NCBI GenBank assembly: GCA_028534125.1
Contig: CM052816.1
Location: 75,456,001 to 75,520,000, forward strand
DNA length: 64,000 bases
Origin: Lama glama
Taxonomy: Eukaryota
Direction of reading: 5' to 3'
Position 1 is the stretch's first letter. Each line of letters opens with the position of its first letter. The notes under the pieces were generated by a model. It saw only the letters and a list, made by a program, of their open reading frames with translations. It ran no database searches and was not told the origin of the DNA. Shown one piece after another: positions 38,043 to 50,178 of this stretch. The translations under genes and the position numbers were made by a program.

Positions 38043-41003
38043 TAAATAAATAGTCAGTTTAAAGTTAAAGTGAAATAGAGTTCAGATGAATAAAATCCAC
38101 TTCATTTCTGTGTACTCTGGAATACACTGAAAAGTAAAGCATTTAAAACTTGACAGCAGATTTCAAATTCCTATAGAGAATTGATCCCAGACTTGGATCT
38201 GTTTTTCTCCTCTTACTCCTGCCTTTGGTTTTGCCAGTCTTTTTCTGAATGTCAGACAGGAATGCTGGTGTCAGGGTTTTCCTAATGTGCCCCACCCCCT
38301 AAATATGAGTTGAGAGATATCATTTATGCCTACATGAATAAGGTCATGTCACATATTGACAAAAGAGGGAATATGAGAAAAATCTAATGGCAATGGCTGA
38401 GGAGAATACAGACTTAAACATTATATCCAGAATATTAAGATAAAGATCTAGAACCGAAGCACAACAATTTGAACCTTGAAGGGTAGTTTTTAGAACAGAT
38501 TACCAGGAAGAATTCTTTTATTCAAAAGATAAATCTATGAAACATATTACAAAAAGAGTCTTATTTAGGCCAGAAATATCCGCAAGTTTGAGAAGGGTTT
38601 AGATACATCCATGGGCTGCCAATTTGTAACAATGAGCAATTTCACAAACATGAGTGGTGTAGGCACAGCTGATCTCTAGTTCATCAGCAATACGTGCTTA
38701 GCTACTGATAGAAACTGAACTATTGAAATGCATCTGTAAAGGCCAGTAAGCAGCTGCTACCCTGAGCTCTCTTAGTGACTTCTGCCCTGCTGTCCAGATC
38801 CCTTCATCAGGAATTCCTAGGTCTTCCTAGGATCCAGCCACTAACTTGCTAATCCCTGGCACAAAGGTGGTTGGCATCCATTCTGATTTGTTGGTGCCAC
38901 AGCCTATTGGTTGTTAAATATTCCACTGAAGATGATACACTGCTGTGCCCTCCTAAAAACATCCACTGATGCTACTCTCAGAGGGAATACAAGGTTGGAT
39001 GGACCATTATCTGTCTGATTCAGGATGATGTTTGGCTCCGTGAATGAAAAACTGTCTTTCCTTTTCTCTCTCATGATTGTTGTTCGGACTCCCAAGACTA
39101 AATATATTACTTTAATGTATACAATGTACATGGATCTCAGAATTATCCATGAGACTAAGCCCCATGCACCATGCCAACTCCTCTCTTAAAGTCCTAATGT
39201 AGACATAAGCATAAAGACAAGAATTTGCAACTGTTTATAAAAATAATATACCATGGTAGTGACACAAATCAGTTCAAGTAAATAGGAAAAGCATGTATAA
39301 TTTCTAAATGATTACATAGTTCCAGGTGTAAGTGGAAAATCTTACACCTTAGCTATATGCATGTGCTGGGTAAAGCATGCTGACCTCTACACTCTTGTAC
39401 CTTCCAAACTTCCTTTCACCTTTCCTATTCCTTCTTTGGTATAGGATCTATTTATGGCTTACAATATCTCTCCCCTTGTGCTTCCTAGTCCATTGCATTT
39501 CAATGGCCTGCAACCATTCTCAACTGTGTCCCATCAGACCTGTATCACTGCTGCCACCCATTCCTAAACGTCACTCAAGAGATAGCCTCTTGCTTTCATC
39601 CCTACCCTTGCTAATAGATCCTCTCTAATATGCCTAGAAGTACAAAATAAATAGAATTTCTAACATATCTGGTACCCTGCTCAAAAAGCTAAGTTACTGA
39701 GAGCTAGGTGTATCCCTACCTCTGCCTGATAAAACAGGATTTTTTTTAGTGTAACCACACCAAAAATTAATTTTTGCTTAAATTTGTGAATGCCAGGTTC
39801 AAAACTTTATAAATATATAATATTTGTTCTTTTTTTTCTTTAGGAAAAGTAGCTCTATTTCAAACTAAATTAACCATTCTGCTCTGCCCTAAGAAAAGCA
39901 AACAGAAAAACTAGATATGTGCTGTTTTATAAGCAGAGCATCTTTCAAACCATAACCTGGAATTGACAGAAATTCAATTTCTTCTATATTTTCAGTCTTG
40001 TATGATTATGATGTTCATTACTATAATTCTTTATAATAATAATCTCAATACAATGCAGAATTTTGAATAATCAAAGAGGACTTAATTACTTTCATTACAT
40101 TCTACCTTCTTACTGAAGGTTATTAACTAAAAGAGTTGAAACTAAGTGCTTTCTGGGTAACTCTCTATTAGTAAAAAAAAAAAAAAAAACAGAACGTCCA
40201 ATTTCCTAAGTATTTCAGTTAGTCAAAATAGTCATGTATAGCTATAGTGAGATGTTGATCACAATTTGAAACAGTTAACCTGATAATCCTGAGTCAAACA
40301 TTTAACCATTGTCAGTGAGACCTGTACATAACGGTACAGACGCCAGCATCCCTGATTACAGCCAAGAGGCTGATGGGAGGAGAGAAGCTGTCTGTCATTG
40401 TACATAAAGCATTTCAATGTCTGTAATATATAGGCACACACTGATTTCTAGGATCTTTATGCAATTCAACAAGTTTAAAAAGGAAGGGAATTATCTGAGT
40501 ACATGGAGTTGGTACTATTACCTAAATTCATTCACTTAAACTGCTACCTAATAACTACAGTACCTCGGTATTTAACTTGTCCAAAACATAATTAGATATA
40601 GTGAATTATATGTAGTGAAACAATTATTGAAAGTAATATGTGGTGAATATCTACAATAAAATATGTAGTCATTAGTATAGTAAAATAATTTCGTATAGTA
40701 AAATACACAGATAAGAAATGTGCAATTTGATTTTGACAAATGTGTACACCATGTAAACAACCCCCAATCAAGGTACCAAAAAATCTCCATAAACCTCAAA
40801 AGTTCTTTCTTTCCTCATTCCAGTTAATCCCTCTCTTTGTTCTTGAACGTCAAATAAAAGAATCACATGGCATGACTCTTCTGTGCCAGACTTCTTTCAT
40901 GCAACATAAAATTTTGGATTCATTCACATTGTTATGTGCACCAGTAAACATGTGTGTGAAATTATAGTTTTTTGAATAAAAGCAGTGACCTTGAGTCTGT
41001 TAT

Positions 41004-41503
41004 NNNNNNNNNNNNNNNNNNNNNNNNNNNNNNNNNNNNNNNNNNNNNNNNNNNNNNNNNNNNNNNNNNNNNNNNNNNNNNNNNNNNNNNNNNNNNNNNN
41101 NNNNNNNNNNNNNNNNNNNNNNNNNNNNNNNNNNNNNNNNNNNNNNNNNNNNNNNNNNNNNNNNNNNNNNNNNNNNNNNNNNNNNNNNNNNNNNNNNNNN
41201 NNNNNNNNNNNNNNNNNNNNNNNNNNNNNNNNNNNNNNNNNNNNNNNNNNNNNNNNNNNNNNNNNNNNNNNNNNNNNNNNNNNNNNNNNNNNNNNNNNNN
41301 NNNNNNNNNNNNNNNNNNNNNNNNNNNNNNNNNNNNNNNNNNNNNNNNNNNNNNNNNNNNNNNNNNNNNNNNNNNNNNNNNNNNNNNNNNNNNNNNNNNN
41401 NNNNNNNNNNNNNNNNNNNNNNNNNNNNNNNNNNNNNNNNNNNNNNNNNNNNNNNNNNNNNNNNNNNNNNNNNNNNNNNNNNNNNNNNNNNNNNNNNNNN
41501 NNN
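41004..41503. other. Assembly gap (500 N) between C6 exons 4 and 8
   Basis: Run of N; the flanks show no overlap. Confidence 1.
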
Positions 41504-42127
41504 AATCTCCCTTTTGCAAGCATTGGCTGTGCTTATGGTTGTGTTCTCTTTATTTTAAGTGAATTTCTTGTAAAACATGTGTAACAGAACATTGCTTTCC
41601 TAATGTGGTCTGACCATCCAGGGCCTTTGCTCAAGAAATTCAGCCAACTTATCTTTAGTATCCTCACTGAAATACTTGATCGTGTTTCTTCCGTCTTTAA
41701 ATTTTCTTCCTCATTTAGCTTTGTTGCTGGTTTCCTGCTTCTTTGCTTTTGTGTTCTTTGTCACATTTCTGTTTACTCCTTTTTGTCCTTTTGCTCATTT
41801 TGGAAGTTCTACTAAATTGTTCAATCCTGCTGGTAGTTAACCTTTCTCTAGTTCACAAGCATAATTAAACCTATGTTTTTCTTTTATCACATGATGTAAT
41901 GTCTACAGCACCCCTCAAAGGATGATTTACTTACATCCCATTCCCACCATCTCCTTGAAAACATATCTGCTTCTCTTTCTCCACTATCATCACAGGCCTC
42001 CAAAACGTCAGTTTTATTGAGATAGTTCAAAATCTTTGTGTTCCAAGCTATTTCTAGGGTTCCTAGAAGGTTATCAGAGTAGATTTTTTTTAACACCATT
42101 TTTCAGATAAGTAAATTGAAGTCCACA

Positions 42128-42392
42128 TTTTTTTATTTAAAGTATAGTCAGTTATAGTGTGTCAATTTCTGGTACACAGTACAATGTCCTAGTCATGTGT
42201 GTATACATACACACACATATATTTGTTTTCATAGTCTTTTTCATTAAAAGTTATTACAAGATATTGAATATGATTCCCTGTGCTATATAGAAGAAATTTG
42301 TTTTTTATGTATTTTTATATATAGCAGTTAACATTTGCAAATCTCAAATTCCCAAATTTATCCCTTCCTACCCCGCTTCCCCAAGTAACCAT
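42128..42392 (-). mobile_element. Short antisense L1 3'-end insertion
   Basis: Poly(T) plus the same L1 3' UTR family (ttattacaagatattgaatatgattccctgtgctata). Confidence 0.85.
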
Positions 42393-44793
42393 ACATATAT
42401 TTATTTTTAATTCAACAAATATTTATCAAATACCTACCATCTGTCAGACACTACACTAAAGTCCAAGAAACTAAATCAGTTCTATAATCTTTACCAATCA
42501 GTTCTATAATCTTAAATGCCAGAGTTGAGAATTGAAGTCAGTTTGTCTAATTTTTGCCCACTCTTTGCATCTATTACATTATACTTCAAGCTACTTCCTT
42601 ATTCATTCCTTCATTCATTTATTCATAATTTCACCAAACCCTGGAAAGAGTTCAGCTCTGGCAATATGAACATGTAAAAAAAGAGTGAAATAGATTCCTT
42701 TTATAACACAGATTGAGTTCACTTTTGAATGAACATACAATGCCCCTCACACTTACCAAATTATATTCTTAAGACAAGTTAGTGTCAGAATTACCAGGAA
42801 GTGAAAATACACCTCCCCAGGCCCTACTTTTAATTTACTGATTCAAAAAATCTGGGTTTGGGCATGTAATTCTAGCTCTTTTTTAAGTCTCCCAGCTTGC
42901 TTTGATATCATATCCAGGGTTGGAAATAACTACCTAAAAACATAGTCAGAGATGGGGGTGGGGGAAAATGGAGGTGTTGAAAAATATAGATATACATACA
43001 CACACGATTTATATAAGTATATATATGTATCAGTGCTATATATATATATATATATACCAGTCTCAACATTAAGATTTGCTTCACAAAATTGGTTTATAAA
43101 TGTTTCAAACATGCTAGACAGCACTTATAAAACCCTTATCTGTAGGTAAACAGCTGTTATTTGATCCTCTAATAATCTGCCCCAAAGTGGAAACATTCAA
43201 GCTATTCACGGTATTAGGTTCAAATACATGAATCTGTTGATATTCAACCATTTTTGACTTTATCAGATTGTCAATTTCATATGGTTCAACCCCACATCTT
43301 TGGTTAGAGCTGAACAGAATAAGGATATCTCAAGTTAAATAGAAAGCACTACTGCAACCCTCTTAGTATTCAAATAGTGAAAACCAGGTACCACAAGCTT
43401 AAAAATCAATCCAAGCCCTTCAGTGGAGTTTAATGCTTTATTTATTTATTTTATCAATCATAGATCTGTAAAAATAGTCAAAATACCAGTTATCTCAACA
43501 AGATTCAGTGTTTTGGGGACTTTACAAAATTGAACCAACAAAAAGATGGTTAAAACAAAGCATCTCATAGAATGTTGAAATAGAAATATAAATGGTTAAT
43601 AACCTACTGTCACATAACTTTGTAATCCAGAGTAGCCACTTCTAGCCATCATGCACTGACAAATGAGGCACCACAGAGGTGCTTGTGCTAGGTTGAGCTA
43701 CCAAAATGTCACTTGAATTTCCCACAATTTCATTTATATAGCAGCCTGGAAATTTTGAACCAACCATTTCAATGCCCAGATCCAAGCAGGCATTTTAGAT
43801 ATTCAGGGAGTGTACGTGTTTCTTCCGCAAATCACAGTGTCCCTTTACCTTTCCAAAGCCAGACTTCCATGACAAAATTCAAGTATTAAACTTAAAAACA
43901 GAATTAATGGACACTTAAAATTGTAAGCTCCACGAAGACGTGTTTTTTCTGCCTTGTTCACATCTGTGTCCATAAACGTACTTAAGGCAGGAAGGTAAGA
44001 AGGAGAAAGGAAGAGAAGGAGGGAGGGAGAGAGAAAAGGAAAGAGAGGGAGGCGGATGAATGTTGCCTCTTCTTCAATCCTTATGGTTATTTTTTTTCTT
44101 CTGTGTGAGCAGTCATTCTATGCCATAATTATAGCACACAGTAAGATAGCTGTTTAATAACTTACAGCTATAATGAGTTAATTTAAAAAATTAATAGTTT
44201 GATTAATAAAGATCTTTGACTAAAAAATATTCCTCTCCCTTTTTTTAACTTAAACAGTACAAATTGCTAAAATTAACAGTTAAAGTATATTTTAAAATTT
44301 TTAAAGGACAATAAAGATGTATATACCCATAAAACTCAGTGGCTATGGAGAAGGACAATTTGATGGAATGAAATTTGAGGCATAATACCAACTACTTAAT
44401 CCTAAATTAACTTAATATAACAAGAAACGATTAAAGAAAAAATAACCTCCAAACAAATAGTTCTGCTTACAGATGGAGAAGAGAGAATACAAATAATTTT
44501 GTTTAACTTTACCCTCTATGTAGTTTTGAATCAGAGCATTTTGGAGTTGAAAGGGGTGTGAAACATCACAGATGAAGGCTGTGCAGCAGGTGACATTTCA
44601 GAGACAACTGAGGCCCAGAGAATTGACATACTTTTGCCTAGTTTATGACAAAGCTATGACTTGAATATCAGTTGTATAACCTCCAACTGAAAATTTACAC
44701 AATCTTTTTTTTAATTATTTGCAATAGCAAGGCTTTGTACATAAAAACTCAGTAAGGAAGCAGCCATGATTGACAATCAAGAAAAGAAAGATT

Positions 44794-44880
44794 GGAGGGT
44801 GGATGTAGCTCACTGGTAGAGCTCATGCTTAGTGCACAGAAGGTCCTGGGTTCAATTCCCAGTACATCCATCTGAAAAAT
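44794..44880 (+). mobile_element. tRNA-derived SINE (camelid Vic-1-like)
   Basis: A box tagctcactggtag, B box gggttcaattccc, A-rich tail. TSD aagaaaagaaag / aagaaaaggaag. Confidence 0.85.
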
Positions 44881-45186
44881 AAGAAAAGGAAGCTTTATTT
44901 TTTTGATAATTGATCTTTTTTCAGTAGAGAGTATATGGCTCAGTCACACAATTTACATGATTGAGATCATCTTATACATTTAGCACTTTGCACATCTTAG
45001 GAAAACGTACTGGAAAATTAAATGAAAATTAGCCTTTTGTTTGTGGGAACATGCAAGGGAGGGTTAAAAATTGTTGTAATGCTATGGCTGGAATGAAACT
45101 CATAATAAACATTGAATGCTTGATACTTCAAACTTTCATTACCTTTAATCATCTTTTTTTTTTTTTTACTCTTCTCTTCCATTTAG

Positions 45187-45427
45187 GATTCCAATTTTAT
45201 TAGGATCCATAAAGTGATAAAAGTCTTAAACTTCACAATGAAAACTAAAGATCTGCAGCTTTCTGATGTCTTTTTGAAAGCACTTAACCATCTGCCACTA
45301 GAATACAACTCCGCTTTGTACAGCCGGATATTTGACGACTTCGGGACTCACTATTTCACCTCTGGCTCCCTGGGAGGCGTGTATGACCTCCTCTATCAGT
45401 TCAGCAGCGAGGAACTAAAGAACTCAG
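45187..45427 (+). CDS. C6: C6 exon 8: MACPF domain
   Basis: Long polypyrimidine tract, tttag|DSNFIRIHKVIKVLNFTMKTKDLQLSDVFLKALNHLPLEYNSALYSRIFDDFGTHYFTSGSLGGVYDLLYQFSSEELKNS(G)|GTTCGT. Contains the MACPF signature Y-x6-FGTHY-x5-LGG. Confidence 0.98.
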
Positions 45428-46396
45428 GTTCGTTTTCTTCAACTTTCATTTTTTTTTAACTGATAAGATGGCATGTGATACATTTTTCTCTTTATCATTT
45501 TCATTCTTATGCTTTACTGATTTTATTTTGACTCTGCTTTACTTCCAAAATGATACGCAGAGCAACCAAAAAGTACATACTCAAGGAAATAAAATAAAAA
45601 TAGAAAACCCAGGCCAAAAAAAGAGGGAAAAATAAACAGGCTTAACCTCTTTGGGCATCAGCTTTGTCTCAGAATTTTCTGACATTTTGGAATATCCTAA
45701 GCTGCATAGTAGTGGAAACCTAAAGAGAGATGCATGCATTTGCCTCAAGAGAAACAAAATTTGTCTTGGAACTAATTTCTAAAAGAAAACTTACTGATAG
45801 CACTTTTATAAGAGATAGTGATTCTATGAAATAATTACAGCAAATCCACTAGCTGTCTTTTTCTTTTCATAATTTTAACTAAAAGCCAAGGGCATAAGAT
45901 GATAAAGCAATTAAGGACTTGACAAGGGACAAGTTAATATGGGTCAGAGATGCACCTACTGGAGATAAGCCTTGAAACCAGATGGAAGCATTTCATTTGA
46001 GGAAAGGCTACGACTTTATAACTTGAGATATAATCAGTGATATTTTTCTGCTTCCCTGTAAAATAACAATATAAACCTTGGTTTTTAAATAAACCTTGGC
46101 CTCTTAAGTATTATCCTAAATTGCCAGTATTACTTATTATTATAACGTAAGCACTTCTGTATGGATTTGTTTTCAGGCTCCTGTGTGAAAGGACACAGGG
46201 TCCTTGTGATGAGTCTCTCATGTGTCTCTTGAGAACAGGGTTAGGAAAGTTATGGTAACCAGAACCCAACTGACCAAGCTCCCCAAATAAATCCAAACTC
46301 TTGATCATTTAGCTTTTATACAAAAGAAACCAGGAATTTATTTTAAAAGACATCATGCCAGCCTTGGGGGTCAAAAGTTTTGATCTCTCTGTTCTT

Positions 46397-46643
46397 TTTT
46401 TTAATTACTATTGAATATAATTGATTTACAATTTTGTGTTAGTTTCAAATGTACAATAAAGTGATTCAGTTACACATAGATACATATTCTTTTTCAGGTT
46501 CTTTTCCATTTAGATTATTACAAAGATGTTGAACGTAAATCCCAGTGCTATACAATAGATTCTTGTTGTTTGTGTATTTTATATACAGTAGTGTGAAAGG
46601 GGGAGGGGAGGGATAAATTAGGAGTTTGGGGTTAACAGAATCA
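46397..46643 (-). mobile_element. Short L1 3'-end insertion with 5' inversion
   Basis: Antisense 3' UTR to ~46595, then a sense piece to ~46639. TSD atctctctgttctt (46383-46396) / atccctctgttctt (46644-46657). Confidence 0.85.
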
Positions 46644-49600
46644 ATCCCTCTGTTCTTACATCTCTTTATGGCAAATACTACTGTTTCATGTGGCTTCCCT
46701 GGTCCTTCCAAACCTTGAGTGATTACATGTCCCTCATGATCTGCTTTTAAAGAAGGGAGAGGGATAAATGTCTTTGAGAAGGATTTTCAGTAAGAAAGTC
46801 TTAAACACATTTTGCCTGACAGAGTTATTAAAATCCAAATGTGCTGCAATAGGCTTTCCACACTACCTGCTTCTTATGTTCCATTTCAGTTATCCTTTCC
46901 ACCGGAGCAATGTTTGCTTGATGAATTTGATGTCTTCTGCCACTGAGAATAGCATCAACATTTACACAGAGTGAAAATGGTTGGGGGAAATCTCTGGCCC
47001 TTGACTTGATTTCATCTCACCCTTGGGATGAAATTATTCTGGTCACTGCTGCTGTAGCCCAGGGAATAATTTCTCACTTGATAAGCTATACTCATCATGC
47101 ATTCACAGCAAAGCCTCTAAAGGCTTAGAGTGCAGGTCAGTTAAAGAACTATGTGAATTTTTAACCAACCATCCAGCATTTTAATAGTTGAAGCCCCATA
47201 ACCAAAATGAAGAGTGATGAGCCGTACTTTCTTTCTGAAACATTCTCACCTTCCATCTCTTTCCCTATAAATAAAGATAGAGACTTCAGACACGCAGATA
47301 CACATACTAAGAGAAAGAAAAGGAGTTTGAGATGTGATAGAAAACTGGAAATATACAACCATACATAGCTATGCACACATACACACTATATTACAGGGTG
47401 TAAATATACGTATATATATTCAACAAGATGTATGTTCTTATGTTCAATACTTTTACATATAACATATTCATATAGTCATTAAGTATGTGTGTACATATAT
47501 ACACACACATAGATGTTTATACTTCTTTGAGTCACAGTAATAACATTGGCACTTAATTTTAATGATGGTTAAGATGAAGCATATTCAGACATAAACAAAT
47601 CTCAATAAAATGGAATTCTCCAGTGGGTGTGCTTACCTGTTTTTGCCACTTTCTAGATGAATATATATTCTGGTCTCCACCACCCTTTCCCTCTTTCTAG
47701 TCCTTCTCCCCTTACTTAGCCATAATGTGGACACAGAGTTTAGGCTTAGTTTTTATGTACTTTCTTCAATAAGAATATATCCCTTGTCATCATTTTTTTC
47801 TAAAATGACCTGAATACTTGCTATTACTTTCTCTAGTGCAAGAAGAATAAAAGAAAATCAAACTGCTTTTTATTTGCATCCTTTGATTTATTCCTCTATT
47901 GTTCAGTATGCCCTAGCCAACTTAAAACCTCAAATAAAAGTGGACATTGCTTCAATGTGCAAGGTAAAACGAATTTCAGGAATACAGTGGAAAAATTAAA
48001 CAATTAAGACATCATAATATGTGAGATGGTCGTTTTAAGGTCCCTTTCCTGGGAAATCATTTTCTGCTCTGAACTGGAGGAGAAAAACAATTCAGTCCAC
48101 TATCTATCAGTGTGACATTTTTGATTAACCCTGCTGCCCTTTGCCCAGTCAGAGTTGCTGAGGACATTTCTGAAATAGTCATCCCTATGCCCCATCCGAA
48201 GGACACTCAGGTTTGAGAGGCCAAGGGCTCCAGCATCAAGCAGGTCCTTTGTCAGTGTGGACAGAGGTCAGGCACAAGCCGCAGGACATCCTGCATGGAA
48301 GAAAGATCAGTACCGAAACTCACTGATAAAGCCTTGATATTTCCATCACCACATGACCAATGCCATGGTTCCTAAGAGAGATTCATCATTCAAATCTTGA
48401 AGGATTCTCCTACAACCCTCAGAAAATGAAATTAACCAAGTTCTGTTAGTTAATTATGCCATCGTCAATGAATTGGTCACATACAATTTAATTTTCCCTT
48501 ATAAATAATAAGAACCTTATGAAAGAATGAGACAAGTATAGGAGTCATGCTTACAGAAGCGTTAAATTCCTCACATGGCCTAAACATTAGGCCCATCTAG
48601 AAGAACAATACAACCAGAACAAAACGAGTCGTATTTATTCAGCTTGACCGAAACAGCTTTTAGAGTTAAAAGTGCAAGGTAAGCATGATGTCTTCAAAGT
48701 AAGAATTTTTCACTTCCAACCTGTAAGACATCTCTTTGAATGTGTCAAACTACTGAAAAAGCTGTGAAGTAGGCAGACCCCATCCCCACTATTCAGCCTC
48801 ACTCTTCAGTGACCTGTGCACTGAGGGTTAGATTTGAGCATCACACTCAAACTGGGCCTCAAACTCTGAATACACTCTTCCCTGCCTATTATAATGGGCA
48901 ACCATAAGTATCAGTATTTCATAAACTATTTTGCTTAAAGGTATTTAAGAGCTTGTATAATAGCTCTGTCTCTCATGTGCTTGTATTTTACAAGGAAATT
49001 TTTAAGCATGAAAAAAACTGGACTCTAATTTGGTGTTTCAGGTAGCAGGTCTGGTGACTTGGGGAGATGTTAAGGGAAAAGAAACACTGATTCTCCTCAG
49101 ACTACCCCAGAGAGGAAGTACCAACTCAGCCTACAAACAGCCAGACCTGTTTCCCAACACTATGTCCCACTCAGTCCCTGACATCCATATAGATTTTGAA
49201 TCACTGAGAAGAATGGCAAGCATTGGGGTGGGAAAGATTGATTCAGATACCAAAATCTTCAACAAATGACGCTTGGAAGTTTTAAAAGACAAGAACAATG
49301 AGGACCAAAGATACTAGAACTGGATGTCTTGAGCCTCAGAGCATCAGGAGTTTTATAAGACTTAGAAAACTGTGCAGAGTCATCCTGTGAAGGTAGCACT
49401 GGGCAACTAGGAAGATATTAACTCCAGCTCCTATACCTGAAGAGGCTGGGAATGAGGCAGGAGCAACTTTCTTTAGAGGTGGAAGTGGAGTGAACAGCTG
49501 AGTCAGGGAGAGGACGCATAGACAAGGATGAGCATGCATGTTCAGGAAACGAGACATGACAAATAAGATTGATATTTTAGGTGGTGAACAGGGGAAAAAG

Positions 49601-50055
49601 TGAAGTGGACTCATTTCTCACAGAATCAGCTGTGGCCCCAAAAGAAGACCTGATAGTGGGACACCTAACAGAGCATGTGTCCATCTCTTGACTGGCCGGG
49701 CTGTATGGTGGCCATGGCCGGTAGATGGACAAGCTTGGAGGGTTATTGTGTGTAGGCAACAGGGAGAGGCTAACATGATCCCCATGCGCTGGGCCACAGT
49801 GACCCCATGTGTGCTTCTTAGGGCCAGTGTTGAAGGGGAGATGGCAGAGACTTATCAATACGTCTTCTCTTTAGGCGGTCTCAGGACCTGTGAGGGACTG
49901 AGTCTGTGGTAAAAGCTGTGTACCATTCTCACTCATGGGAACTGGAGAAGTTGGGTGCTGATATGGGGTACCTGCAGCTCAGAGCCTCCTGCTCCTCTTC
50001 CCCGAATTCTCAATGGCACCTTCTCAGGGTTTTGTGCTTGTCCTCCATTTCCTAG

Positions 50056-50178
50056 GTTTAACAAAGGAAGAATCCCAACACTGCGTCCGGATAGAAACAA
50101 AGAAACGCTATGTTTTTTTTAAAAAAAAGAAAGTGGAACGCCGGTGCACCACGAACACGCTGTCAGAGAAATATGGAG
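50056..50178 (+). CDS. C6: C6 exon 9: MACPF domain
   Basis: cctag|(G)LTKEESQHCVRIETKKRYVFFKKKKVERRCTTNTLSEKYG(G)|GTAACG. 123 nt, phase 1 to 1. Confidence 0.96.

Noticed and set aside
40924..41584. ORFs of 185-199 aa
   Set aside because: Almost entirely X from the second gap.
42474..42513. Short tandem duplications (also ~495-517, ~7974-7997, ~61226-61251)
   Set aside because: Two-copy 11-18 bp slippage duplications with no higher-order structure.
44794..44880. tRNA-Ala-like genes here and at 52780 and 57646
   Set aside because: Degenerate stems, A-rich tails and TSDs mark them as SINEs, not functional tRNAs.
49070..49980. GC-richer block before exon 9 with several 75-93 aa ORFs
   Set aside because: No protein similarity recognised. 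It looks like an old LTR-type relic, but I could not assign family or boundaries.
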